Virus record (IMG/VR): IMGVR_UViG_650377941_000004
Reading direction: 5' to 3' (one strand)
From: an uncultured virus (IMG/VR IMGVR_UViG_650377941_000004)
Lineage: Duplodnaviria > Heunggongvirae > Uroviricota > Caudoviricetes
DNA: 64,000 bases
The translations under genes and the position numbers were made by a program. The notes below the pieces were generated by a model. It ran no database searches. It had not been told where the DNA came from and saw nothing but the letters and a program-made list of their open reading frames with translations. Numbering within the stretch: position 1 is the stretch's first letter; each line of letters begins with the position of its first letter. Below, one piece after another: positions 8,513-17,682 of this stretch.

Positions 8513-8712
8513 AGCAGTCTCAAAAGGCAGGAAATAATGCAATTCAAATCCAGCAAACGGTTGTCGGAGACAATAACTATGTTGTCGGAATTGAAATTGA
8601 GAACGACAGCCGCAAGCCGAACGACAACCAGCCCAAAAGGTCACTTCTGCGTAGGCTTGCTGCTTTTCTAAATGATATGGTAGCGGAGATTATCGACGCA
8701 TTGGAGCTGTGA
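8503..8712 (+). CDS. Hypothetical protein
   Basis: Overlapping operon spacing. Confidence 0.55.
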   Translation: MDVKQSQKAGNNAIQIQQTVVGDNNYVVGIEIENDSRKPNDNQPKRSLLRRLAAFLNDMVAEIIDALEL

Positions 8713-8713
8713 A

Positions 8714-8935
8714 ATGACCCAGTATTGCAGATATTGTTCACTGGCGTCCCTGCAGGACGACGATCTAATTTACTGTGAAGCAAGAAAAGAAATCCGGGAT
8801 AAAAAGAAAATTGTCAGCCCGAACCGCTGCAAGCAGTTTGAATTTAATCCGGTTGATGTCCTGAACGAAGAAAAGGACTACAAGCCGCGCGAAACGAAAA
8901 ATAAGAATCCAGAGGGGCAGGTGAGCTTCCTGTAA
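8714..8935 (+). CDS. Small Cys-rich protein
   Basis: CRYC...C...C pattern. Confidence 0.6.
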   Translation: MTQYCRYCSLASLQDDDLIYCEARKEIRDKKKIVSPNRCKQFEFNPVDVLNEEKDYKPRETKNKNPEGQVSFL

Positions 8936-9027
8936 TGGGATTATCAAAGTGGCGTCCCTATTTACCACGATCCGATTTAATCCAGCTTTCGCCCGTACAT
9001 AAACGCATGAGCGAAAGTTGAGGAAAC

Positions 9028-9939
9028 ATGATTCTTTTTATTATCGGCGCACTGTTTGTACTGATCGCGCTGGCTATCCTGATTTTCTCGGATGATGCAA
9101 AAAGAACTGCAATCATCCCGGCGGTGGTGGCTGTCATTTTTATCGGCATTTCCTGTGTGTCCTATGTCCCTACCGGCTATACCGGCATCGTCACGACCTT
9201 TGGCAAAGTCGAGGATGGCACGAAGGACGCAGGTGTGGTGTTCAAGGCCCCGTGGCAGTCCATCGTGAAGATGGATAACCGTGTTCAGGAAATGAGCATG
9301 GACTTGTCAGCATTCAGTTCTGACATTCAGGAAGTCTCCACCAGTGTGGCGGTTGGCTACCGGATCAATCAGGCAAATGCAATGACCATCTACAAAGAGG
9401 TCGGCAAAAAGTATGAGGACACCCTGATTACTCCCCGTGTCCTTGAAACGGTGAAAGCTGTAGTTGCCCACTACGATGCAAGCAGCCTGATTTCTAACCG
9501 GGATGCAGTCGCTTCCCAGATGGACACGAAACTGCGGGAAGTGCTGGCACAGTACAACATCGACCTGCAGTATATCAGCGTAACCAATTTTGACTTCACT
9601 GATACCTTTACCGATGCGGTGGAAGCAAAGGTCAAGGCCCAGCAGGAAAAGGAAAAAGCCGAGACTGACGCCGACAAGCGCCGTGTCGAAGCACAGGCCA
9701 CGGCGGACGCTGACCTGATCGCAGCCAATGCGGAAGCGGAAAAGTCTAAGGTTGCAGCGGACGCAGAGTTGTACGTTGCAGAGAAAAAGGCGGAAGCAAA
9801 CCGCGCCTTGAACGACAGTCTGAACAGCAACCTGCTGGAATACTACAAGATCACCGACGTGGAATCCCGCTGGAACGGTGAACTGCCTGCCTATGTTGGC
9901 GATGGTAACAGCATCCCCATTATCAACGGCATCAACTGA
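9028..9939 (+). CDS. SPFH/band 7 (prohibitin) family membrane protein
   Basis: Two N-terminal TM helices, VPTGYTGIVTTFGKV, FTDAVEAKVKAQQ coiled coil, RWNGELP. Confidence 0.9.
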   Translation: MILFIIGALFVLIALAILIFSDDAKRTAIIPAVVAVIFIGISCVSYVPTGYTGIVTTFGKVEDGTKDAGVVFKAPWQSIVKMDNRVQEMSMDLSAFSSDIQEVSTSVAVGYRINQANAMTIYKEVGKKYEDTLITPRVLETVKAVVAHYDASSLISNRDAVASQMDTKLREVLAQYNIDLQYISVTNFDFTDTFTDAVEAKVKAQQEKEKAETDADKRRVEAQATADADLIAANAEAEKSKVAADAELYVAEKKAEANRALNDSLNSNLLEYYKITDVESRWNGELPAYVGDGNSIPIINGIN

Positions 9940-9945
9940 TCTTTT

Positions 9946-9974
9946 GGAGCCGCCCAGAGCGGCGGCTCCTTTTT
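9946..9974 (+). terminator. Terminator-like hairpin
   Basis: GGAGCCGCC CAGAGC GGCGGCTCC followed by TTTTT. Confidence 0.7.
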
Positions 9975-9978
9975 ATAT

Positions 9979-10024
9979 GAGCATAGGGAATAGGCCCCGC
10001 CCGGTTCAAGCCCGGAAGTGCCCA
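9979..10024 (+). ncRNA. Minimal tRNA-like RNA 4
   Basis: CCGG TTCAAGC CCGG T-arm, imperfect GAGCAT/GTGCCC stem, preceded by TTTATAT. Confidence 0.4.
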
Positions 10025-10055
10025 CCGAAAGAAAATGAGCAGAAAGGAGCAGAAA

Positions 10056-10241
10056 ATGGCAAAGTTCAGTATCATGCTGTTCGGCATTGACAGCTACACG
10101 AAAAACAAGATGCAGCTACCGTACAAGCTGGACGCAAAAAGCTCAGATGCAGCACTCCGTGAGGCACGGATGTGCGCAATGACCTTTTATCCGAGGTTTA
10201 GTGAAACGGAAAAACCGGACGTGGAGGTGGTCAAAAGATGA
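10056..10241 (+). CDS. Hypothetical protein
   Basis: AAGGAG RBS. Confidence 0.6.
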   Translation: MAKFSIMLFGIDSYTKNKMQLPYKLDAKSSDAALREARMCAMTFYPRFSETEKPDVEVVKR

Positions 10242-10879
10242 AACTTTCAGGGCTGACAAAGATGGTCAAGCGGCAGCTTGTCTGCAATGTTTTCCATAAC
10301 GACGAGAGTGATGATTTCTACATTGGAACTGCGTCGGCGATTTACTGCGCTACCGGTTTCCCGCGTCCGCTGAACCGCAACCAGATGGGCGCTATGCTGG
10401 GAATCAGCGAGGATACCATGATCGAAAAGGTGGTTTACAACGACTTCGACTGTGCATACAAAATTGATTTTCAGGGTTTCAATCTTGACGACACAATTAA
10501 GGATGAAGTCGAAGTGAAGAAACTGGGCATCGGTATTTACTGCAGTGGAGAAATCCTTATCCCGCTTGTGACCGAGGATCGCCACATGGTCGGCATTATC
10601 TGTCAGTCGCACCTTGCGCCGCTGGAGGATGAAATTAAGAATAACGGTTTTATCCGCTATTACCAGAGAAAACAAACCGACGGAACGGTTTATTATGTCG
10701 TGAAGAACGGCATGAGGGTACGAGCCGCCGTTATGGCATATACGGTGCCGGACTACGCAGAAGCAAAGCTGCAAGAACTGGTTGCAATGCTGGCAGAAAC
10801 TCACATCGGTGAACAGGAAGAACCGGAACAGACGTTCGATGATTTGAACGCCGAAAAGGATTCCGAGCAGCAGGAGTAA
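10238..10879 (+). CDS. Hypothetical phage protein
   Basis: Long ORF, ATGA coupling. Confidence 0.75.
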   Translation: MKLSGLTKMVKRQLVCNVFHNDESDDFYIGTASAIYCATGFPRPLNRNQMGAMLGISEDTMIEKVVYNDFDCAYKIDFQGFNLDDTIKDEVEVKKLGIGIYCSGEILIPLVTEDRHMVGIICQSHLAPLEDEIKNNGFIRYYQRKQTDGTVYYVVKNGMRVRAAVMAYTVPDYAEAKLQELVAMLAETHIGEQEEPEQTFDDLNAEKDSEQQE

Positions 10880-10897
10880 TAAGAAGGAGAAACGACC

Positions 10898-11545
10898 ATG
10901 AGCAAGATTTTGAAAAGCACAACTTTGGGCAATGTGAAAAATGGCGGCATCTTCAAGGCGCTGGGCAAAGAGTTTGTGAAGCTGGATGCAGACGAACACG
11001 GTTGTCTGGTGCTGGCAAAGGACATTTGGACGAAAATGCCGTTCCGTGACGGCGACGACCCGGAGTGTCCCAACGATCTGCGCCGGAGCGATGTTATGAA
11101 GTATCTGGGTAACTGTCTGGCAGAGTTTACCGAGAAGGGTACGCCGCTGGATACTTTTATTCCGTTCAAGATCGACCTGCAGGACACAACCGGACAGACC
11201 GAATACGGAACCGTTGAATACAGAATCGGCCTGTTGACCCTGCGTCAGTATGGAAAGTATTGGCGGCTGATCCCGAAGGTAGATACGCCGTGGTGGTTGG
11301 CGACGCCTTACGGTACGCCGAATTGCTCTCCGTACACCAGCAGTAACAACTACGTCTGGGTCGTCTACACCGATGGCTCCGTCAACTACTACTGGTACTA
11401 CCGCTCCATTGGTGTTCGCCCCGCTTTGTACTTTCCCTCTACACTCTGGGTCTCTACCGAGGATGAAGGAGAAGCCGGGTTTTGCCTCGCCGATGTTCCA
11501 TTGGATGATCTGCTGGCTGAAATCAAGAGCCGGGCGGAGGAATAA
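10898..11545 (+). CDS. Remote DGR target protein (DUF6273/C-type lectin-like fold) carrying VR2
   Basis: WWLATP...VW.V.TDGS...GVRPAL motif; DNA matches TR except at adenines. Confidence 0.88.
   Translation: MSKILKSTTLGNVKNGGIFKALGKEFVKLDADEHGCLVLAKDIWTKMPFRDGDDPECPNDLRRSDVMKYLGNCLAEFTEKGTPLDTFIPFKIDLQDTTGQTEYGTVEYRIGLLTLRQYGKYWRLIPKVDTPWWLATPYGTPNCSPYTSSNNYVWVVYTDGSVNYYWYYRSIGVRPALYFPSTLWVSTEDEGEAGFCLADVPLDDLLAEIKSRAEE
11325..11425 (+). repeat. DGR variable region VR2
   Basis: 101 nt vs TR 48811-48911: 16 mismatches, 15 at TR adenines. Confidence 0.9.
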
Positions 11546-11547
11546 CC

Positions 11548-11934
11548 ATGGACGTTATCACAAAAGATGTCCGTGCTCTGGCAAAGAAGGAGCTGGCGGC
11601 AGCAAACCGCCGCTTTCGGATGTTCGCAAGTCCGCATGAAGGGTATGCGGTGATCCGGGAAGAACTGGACGAACTGATAGACGAGGTGCGGAAGCTCCAC
11701 TTTGGCTTGACAATCCGGCTGTGGCGAGATGTCAAGAGAAACGAACCCATGAAGCGGGAGCACCTGAATCTCATTTATGATGTGGCAATCCACGCAGCGG
11801 TGGAAGCTATTCAGCTGGCCGCAATGGTCAAGAAATACGAACGCAGCCAGCGGCACGACTGGCCGGGCGGCTGGGTGCCGGACTATGGAACGGGGCCTGA
11901 ACCTCTGAAAAAGAAAGGCGGGGAAACGGTATGA
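11548..11934 (+). CDS. Hypothetical protein, possibly MazG-like NTP pyrophosphohydrolase
   Basis: F.SPHEGYAVIREELDEL...EAIQLAAM pattern. Confidence 0.55.
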   Translation: MDVITKDVRALAKKELAAANRRFRMFASPHEGYAVIREELDELIDEVRKLHFGLTIRLWRDVKRNEPMKREHLNLIYDVAIHAAVEAIQLAAMVKKYERSQRHDWPGGWVPDYGTGPEPLKKKGGETV

Positions 11935-12323
11935 TTTTGGCAAAGGATGATATTGAAAAGGCTGTCAGCTGGTGGGCTGGAAAGCTGATGGATCACCAGC
12001 CGCATAGCAACGGAGACGATAGCTTTACCTCTGTTGCAGTGTGCTTCCTTGCGGATACGATGCGACAGAGCGTTACGCTGGATCAGCTGAACACATTCAA
12101 GGCGGCATTGGCAAAAAGCATTGAGGAATACGCGAAAAGCATTCAAGCTTTCGGCTTTTCCATCGGGAGTGATTACGGCCCGTGCAAAATGCTGGCCGAT
12201 GCTGCCGCCGAAGCTGGCATCGACAGAGCAAACTTTCCGTTCAAGACGACAATGTTTTTTACGGAAAAAGAGGGGGTTCTGGTACGGGATGGCTACGGTG
12301 CCCCGGCTGTCAGGATTTGTTGA
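11931..12323 (+). CDS. Hypothetical phage protein
   Basis: Coupled ORF. Confidence 0.7.
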   Translation: MILAKDDIEKAVSWWAGKLMDHQPHSNGDDSFTSVAVCFLADTMRQSVTLDQLNTFKAALAKSIEEYAKSIQAFGFSIGSDYGPCKMLADAAAEAGIDRANFPFKTTMFFTEKEGVLVRDGYGAPAVRIC

Positions 12324-12332
12324 GGTGACAGA

Positions 12333-12824
12333 ATGGTAACAAAAAATAAGACCCCGGCAGAGGTTGAGGCCGTGACCATCACCATGAGCCGGGAGACAGC
12401 ACAGGCCGTGAAGCAGGCGTGCGAAGAATACCTCCGGTTCCGCATGGGCCAGTTTGAGGACTTCACCAATGAGGTTTGCTGCTGGGATTATGTGGACAAG
12501 ATGGAAAAGCGGTGCCACACGACCGAAGAACGAAAGCAGTTTCATAAAGACCACGAAGCGGATTTTCTCAAGTGTATGCGGCTTCGTAACCAGATGCGGC
12601 AGGGCATGGACGCACTTTGGAAGCAGAACGTTCCGCCTGCATCTATCGACACGACCATGAAGGGAGCATACCGGGCAGAAACCGTCTGGCTGACGATCCG
12701 GTACGCGCTTGCGTGGCACGACTTCCCGGAGGGTGGACAGTGGGTCGATTTCTATGAACCGATGAACCGTTCGGATCAGCCCATGCCGAAAGTGGAACTG
12801 AAACTGAAAGGCGAAGAAAAATGA
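12333..12824 (+). CDS. Hypothetical phage protein
   Basis: GAGGTG RBS. Confidence 0.7.
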   Translation: MVTKNKTPAEVEAVTITMSRETAQAVKQACEEYLRFRMGQFEDFTNEVCCWDYVDKMEKRCHTTEERKQFHKDHEADFLKCMRLRNQMRQGMDALWKQNVPPASIDTTMKGAYRAETVWLTIRYALAWHDFPEGGQWVDFYEPMNRSDQPMPKVELKLKGEEK

Positions 12825-13066
12825 CGATCACAACATACCCGGACGGTCATTCCGTCCAGCAGGGAACACCGGAAGAACTGGCGCAGTTCATTTTCGCGGC
12901 GACGGAGGTTCAAACCTTGCAAAAATTCAAAAGTCTGGTCGAGGCAATCCCGGCGGAAATGGAGAAACAAAGGGATATTGTGGTGACGATACCGGATTTG
13001 CCAAAGAAGAAGCGAACGCCCAGAAAGAAAGCGGGAAAAGAAAATGAAAGAAAAACGTCTGGTTGA
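12821..13066 (+). CDS. Hypothetical protein
   Basis: Coupled ORF. Confidence 0.55.
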   Translation: MTITTYPDGHSVQQGTPEELAQFIFAATEVQTLQKFKSLVEAIPAEMEKQRDIVVTIPDLPKKKRTPRKKAGKENERKTSG

Positions 13067-13508
13067 TGCAAACCATTTCATGCAGGTACTCAAGAACATA
13101 GAGTATGCACTGAAAGGGGAGCTGACACACGGGAAAATCAAAACCAGTGTAGTGCAGATGATCGAGGGCAGTTTGAATGCCGAACCGACCATTGCCCCGG
13201 AGAGCCTGCAACCGCTGACATACAATGAGAACCGGGACTACATAGACTGCGACGAATTTATTTGCCACAAGTGCGGCATTCACGTTGAGGACTGGAAGCA
13301 AATCAAAATCGACCCGGACGACGGGGAGAAAGAACTTTGCGAGTACAAGTTTAAGCACTGCCCAGAGTGCGGCGCAAAAGTCACTTCACACAAAAGCTGT
13401 GAATTTTGCAGGTGGCATTTGCAGGACGGGACGTGTTTCAACAAACATCATTCTCAGCCCGTGACAGGCCGGGAAGCTTCCTGCTGGAACTGGGAGGAAC
13501 GTGAGTGA
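13044..13508 (+). CDS. Zn-ribbon-containing phage protein
   Basis: RLVDA N-terminus, CHKCG, CPECG, CEFC. Confidence 0.7.
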   Translation: MKEKRLVDANHFMQVLKNIEYALKGELTHGKIKTSVVQMIEGSLNAEPTIAPESLQPLTYNENRDYIDCDEFICHKCGIHVEDWKQIKIDPDDGEKELCEYKFKHCPECGAKVTSHKSCEFCRWHLQDGTCFNKHHSQPVTGREASCWNWEERE

Positions 13509-13642
13509 TGGAAAAAGAGTGTTTCACATGCGCATGGCATGATAACTTTTCATGGGTGTGCTTCAATGGAAATTCTGAGCATCGGGCGGATTTCACAGAC
13601 CCGGAAGATAGCTGCCCTGTGTGGGAAGGAAGGGAAGATAGT

Positions 13643-13796
13643 GATGAAAAAGAAGAAAAGTGAGTTCGGCGCTTACGCTATCGGCTGGCTGTACCTGCTG
13701 GCACCGGTGATTATTCTTGCCGTGGTGCTGGTGGTAAAATATTTTATTGCAGCATCCGACCTGCCGGATTGGTTCAAATTCGCCCTGCTGAAATAA
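13643..13796 (+). CDS. Small membrane protein
   Basis: Single hydrophobic helix. Confidence 0.5.
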
Positions 13797-13801
13797 GCAA
13801 G

Positions 13802-14050
13802 ACAAGCCCTCTACCTTATATATAAAGAGCGTCCGTCGTTAAATTGCCGCCCTGACGAGGCGGCAAGGGGCTTGTATATCGGAGCTAAACTAAGGGACAT
13901 TCTGAGAAATCAGAGAAAAACAGGAGCTTTCCCCCGGCGGGGAAAGGGAGTGCAGAGGGAAAACGAGGGCAGCGTTCTGATGGCTTGCCGGAAGCAGGAT
14001 CGTAGGGAACGCGGCCCGGTGTTGTTCCTCTGCATCGTTCCCTTCTCGTG
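13802..14050. other. Hairpin-rich non-coding region, candidate replication origin
   Basis: TTGCCGCC/GGCGGCAA (13844-13866), ACAAGCC/GGCTTGT and TGCAGAGG/CCTCTGCA inverted repeats directly upstream of Rep. Confidence 0.4.
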
Positions 14051-14109
14051 TTTGTGGTTCAAGATTCAGAAAATTCCATGACGTGTACGGAAAGGAGGAC
14101 GTGGAGAGT

Positions 14110-14943
14110 ATGACCGCGGGATTCAGAGTACGAGAGCAAAAATTTATCTGCGGCAAAGACTATGCCACGGCTGACACCATGCAGGTGGATTTTTTCGAGA
14201 TCACGGAACAGCAGCACAAGGCCAGCACCCGCAAGAAAAAAGAGCTGGCAAGCTCCATTGCGAAGGAAGCGTACAATTTGCGAAAAAGTGGACGGTATTT
14301 AGAGCTGTTGGTTCAGCGCAACTTCCACAAGAGCGATTATTCTGTTACATACACCTATGACGATGAACACCGGCCCGACCCGGCGGACACAAAGCGTGTG
14401 GATAAGGATTTTTCCGCCGCCATGAAAAAGCTATACCGGATGTGCGATAAAAAAGGCATTCGGCACCCGAAGTGGATCGTCGTGCATGAATACTCGACGT
14501 ATGTTGACGGGGTGTGGGTGGGAAAGCACCATCACCATGTCATTATGCAGCGCGTTTACGGTCTGACCCGTGAAATGGTAGAGGAAGCGTGGAGCGGGCG
14601 CGGCATGGCCCGTTGCGAACCTCTACACTTCGATCATGGCTACATCACGAGCCTTGCAAAGTACATCATGAAGAATGTGAGGTGCAAGCGCCATTGGCGG
14701 CAGAGCCGCGGGCTGAAACCGCCGAAAATGCCCCGCCCGAACGATGGGAAAATGAGCCGCACCAAGTTGAAAGATGTTTGCGAGAACCGTCTGGAAGATC
14801 GTGCATTCTGGGAGAAGATGTACCCCGGATACACCCTGCACTACTGCGAACCCATAATCACCGGCAACAACACCCGGCACCTGATCGTGCGCCTATATCG
14901 CAAAGAGACTGGGATGCAGCAGAACAGGAGGAACCGGCCTTGA
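14110..14943 (+). CDS. HUH-type rolling-circle replication initiator-like protein
   Basis: Motif 1 VTYTY, motif 2 HHHHVIM, motif 3 LAKYIMK, SRGL.PP. Confidence 0.7.
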   Translation: MTAGFRVREQKFICGKDYATADTMQVDFFEITEQQHKASTRKKKELASSIAKEAYNLRKSGRYLELLVQRNFHKSDYSVTYTYDDEHRPDPADTKRVDKDFSAAMKKLYRMCDKKGIRHPKWIVVHEYSTYVDGVWVGKHHHHVIMQRVYGLTREMVEEAWSGRGMARCEPLHFDHGYITSLAKYIMKNVRCKRHWRQSRGLKPPKMPRPNDGKMSRTKLKDVCENRLEDRAFWEKMYPGYTLHYCEPIITGNNTRHLIVRLYRKETGMQQNRRNRP

Positions 14944-14945
14944 GT

Positions 14946-15455
14946 ATGAGGATGGAACTTTCTGACCTGCCACCAAAGTATCGGGCACAGGCGGAAGCAC
15001 AGATTGCGGCCAGATGCAGAGCAAAAGCACCGACGCTGGAAGCCGTGGCTGCAGCCGCCAAGAAAACAGGACGGGAGTTTGACAGCAGGGGCGAGTACGA
15101 CTACTACATGGGAATGATTCTGCCAAAAGTCCAGCGCGGGGAGATCGTGAAGGTGGAATCGCACCGCAGGTTTACCATGCTGCCCGAAAAAGAATACGGC
15201 AATGTGAAACTACCGGCGATGCACTATACCCCAGATTTTGTGCTGACTTATGCAGATGGCACAGTTGAGGTTGTAGAGGTGAAAAGCAAATTCACCCGGC
15301 GGCAGCAGCGCGATTACATCCACCGCCGCCGTATGTTCATCGACCTTGTGGCGGAGCCGCGGGGCTGGCGCTTTGTGGAACACATTACCCCTGATACTGC
15401 AGCAGAAATCAAAGCATGGAAGAAGTGCGCCCAACAGACCGAAAGGAAAGGATGA
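14946..15455 (+). CDS. DUF1064-like PD-(D/E)XK nuclease
   Basis: FDSRGEY...YTPDFV...VVEVKS. Confidence 0.7.
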   Translation: MRMELSDLPPKYRAQAEAQIAARCRAKAPTLEAVAAAAKKTGREFDSRGEYDYYMGMILPKVQRGEIVKVESHRRFTMLPEKEYGNVKLPAMHYTPDFVLTYADGTVEVVEVKSKFTRRQQRDYIHRRRMFIDLVAEPRGWRFVEHITPDTAAEIKAWKKCAQQTERKG

Positions 15456-15461
15456 AACATC

Positions 15462-16079
15462 ATGAGCAGAGGAATCCCAAGGGCAGTGTCTATGCATATG
15501 GCACAGAATGCCTTTGCCCGGTGCGCCGAAAAGGTAAACACCAGAAAGAACCTGACGCTGAACCGGCAGGCCGTTGGCGAGGTGGTGAGCTACTGCACCA
15601 TGATCGCCGCCAATGACACGCTAGATTTCAACCGGGACAAGCAGGAGCGGCTTTGCACGGAAATGAACCACCGGGCAGAGGTATACACGGTTGAAATGAG
15701 CGCATATGGGCAGCCGAAAGCCCGCGAGAAGCTGAGAGAGCGCACAGCACCGATGCTGGATAAGCCGTTTGTCCTCCCGGCGGGACAATACCCGCGCAAA
15801 CAGCGTGAAAAAGACGCGCTGGCCGAACGGCGTGCCGCTGGTGATCTCGTGATCCGGTTCTTCATCGAAGCGCTGGATTCTATGGGCTATGATCGTGCCC
15901 AGATCAACAGCACCGTGGAAGAAGCCAGAAAAAACTATGAACAGTTCCTCGAATGGGCAAAAGACGGGGAGTATGTGGCGTATACCAAACTGGGCCGGTG
16001 TGTCGCCCAGATGACCGGCGGCAGTACGGAGGTTGCGCGTGTGCCCGGTGCAGGGCCTATCTTCTCGACAGAATTTTGA
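15462..16079 (+). CDS. Hypothetical phage protein
   Basis: Long ORF with RBS. Confidence 0.75.
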   Translation: MSRGIPRAVSMHMAQNAFARCAEKVNTRKNLTLNRQAVGEVVSYCTMIAANDTLDFNRDKQERLCTEMNHRAEVYTVEMSAYGQPKAREKLRERTAPMLDKPFVLPAGQYPRKQREKDALAERRAAGDLVIRFFIEALDSMGYDRAQINSTVEEARKNYEQFLEWAKDGEYVAYTKLGRCVAQMTGGSTEVARVPGAGPIFSTEF

Positions 16080-16103
16080 CGGTACGGAGCGTAGGAGGGC
16101 AAA

Positions 16104-16604
16104 ATGCAGGCAGAAGAAACGAAAATGATTTTGCGCTACTTTGGCGGGATTGAAGCACAGCTTGATGATGTCAACATTGAGCTGGCAGAACTGCGAGACC
16201 GCTACAATCCCATCAAGGGCATTGCTATGGACGGTATGCCGCACGGCAGCACGCCGGGAGACAGTACCGCGTCGCTGGCTGTGAAACTGGCCGATGATGT
16301 GGAGTGCCAGCGCCGGGAAAATGAACTTCGTGTTCGGAAGGATGTTCTCCGTGCAGATCAGACCACGATCCGGGGACAATTAGACCGGCTGAACAGTCGT
16401 TACAAAACGATCCTGTGCGGGCGGTATGTCTACAGTGATCCGTCGTTACAAAAAGGCTGGAAAACCATAGCCCGCGAACTGAGAAAAACAGAGATCACAG
16501 CCCAGCGGTGGGAAAAGTTCGCGCTGGTCGTTCTGGGTTCCATGCTGGATGAAGTCCCGATGGTCGAAGAACTGCTCTCACGCGCGTATGACGCGCGCGA
16601 TTAA
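16104..16604 (+). CDS. RinA/ArpU-like late transcription regulator
   Basis: DGMPHGS, IL..RY, W..IA.EL C-terminal HTH; last gene of the early operon. Confidence 0.7.
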   Translation: MQAEETKMILRYFGGIEAQLDDVNIELAELRDRYNPIKGIAMDGMPHGSTPGDSTASLAVKLADDVECQRRENELRVRKDVLRADQTTIRGQLDRLNSRYKTILCGRYVYSDPSLQKGWKTIARELRKTEITAQRWEKFALVVLGSMLDEVPMVEELLSRAYDARD

Positions 16605-16811
16605 AAGGGGCTGTAAAATGGCTTATGCCTGATTTTTGATAGAAAACCTGCAAAAACAGGCCCTTAGAATCGAACTTCAGCGATCTTAATTCGTGCCGGA
16701 AAGACACTATAGGGTAGAGAATGAAGCGAATTTATGCGCGTGCAGAATGAAGGGCTTCCGCGAAACCTCCGAACCGCTCAGAAAAACAAACTTGCGAATC
16801 GTCAAAAACAG

Positions 16812-16845
16812 AAATCCCCCGGCGGGTAATTCCGTCGAGGGATTT
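16812..16845. terminator. Bidirectional terminator between convergent operons
   Basis: AAATCCC.CGGCGG...CCGTCG.GGGATTT. Confidence 0.55.
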
Positions 16846-16852
16846 CGTGCGT

Positions 16853-17110
16853 TTATGGTTCGTTTTTCTTGATGATGATTTTCGGAACGGTGGGCGGTTC
16901 GCCGTGCTGCTTCATGTACTCGGCGATTTCGTTCGGCAGGCCAACAGGAAAGCCGTTTTCGTCCAGCGGCCCGTCATACCCGGAAAAATCCACAACATGA
17001 ACCGTGGGCGGTTCCTGCAGGGTGCCGCAATACTGGCCGTCCTCATAGTTTACATCCGTGACACGGTTCCAATAGCCAATGTCGCCGTGCTCGGTCTGGG
17101 CAGCTTCCAT
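16853..17110 (-). CDS. Acidic hypothetical protein (frame extends further 5')
   Basis: Open frame continues to ~17220; start uncertain. Confidence 0.5.
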   Translation of the reverse strand: MEAAQTEHGDIGYWNRVTDVNYEDGQYCGTLQEPPTVHVVDFSGYDGPLDENGFPVGLPNEIAEYMKQHGEPPTVPKIIIKKNEP

Positions 17111-17333
17111 TGCGGCGTGGGCCTGTTCCTCGGTCAGACCGTCGAACGTGGCGCGGGTGCCGTCGGCAAAACTGGCAACCAGACGCCAAGGCGCAAAAAA
17201 TTCGACTTCGTTCGTAAAAATGCCCCCTTTTTTGCAAATTCGTTGTTGGAATTGAACTTTTCGTGATGAAAAAGTCCAATTTCGTTAGTGAAAGTATATC
17301 ACAAGATGCCCCGGCATGGAACCGGGGCGTGGG

Positions 17334-17651
17334 TCATTCTTGTTCCTCTAAGCGCTTGCGAAAGGCTTTGTTCACAGTGTCGTACTGCTTGTTCAGAACG
17401 TCGTTGCCGTGGTCGTACTCGCTTGCCCACGAAAGCAGCTTGTCGGACAGACACCGGCAGGCAGCCGCCATGCAGACGCAATATTCGTTGTGGGTGTTGG
17501 GCAGGGGAAAGCTGCGCAGGATGTACATTTCATCGAAAACGGTATGCCGGACTTCAATGCGCCCGTTCCAGATCGTTATGTTGACGGTGGCCAAGTGGCG
17601 GCAGGAAGTGATCCTATGCAGGACTGAGAGAAAGCGTTCGTTGGTTGTCAT
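17334..17651 (-). CDS. Hypothetical protein
   Basis: AAAGGAG RBS. Confidence 0.7.
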   Translation of the reverse strand: MTTNERFLSVLHRITSCRHLATVNITIWNGRIEVRHTVFDEMYILRSFPLPNTHNEYCVCMAAACRCLSDKLLSWASEYDHGNDVLNKQYDTVNKAFRKRLEEQE

Positions 17652-17682
17652 GGTTCGTTGCTCCTTTTCGTGGTGGTGATGT

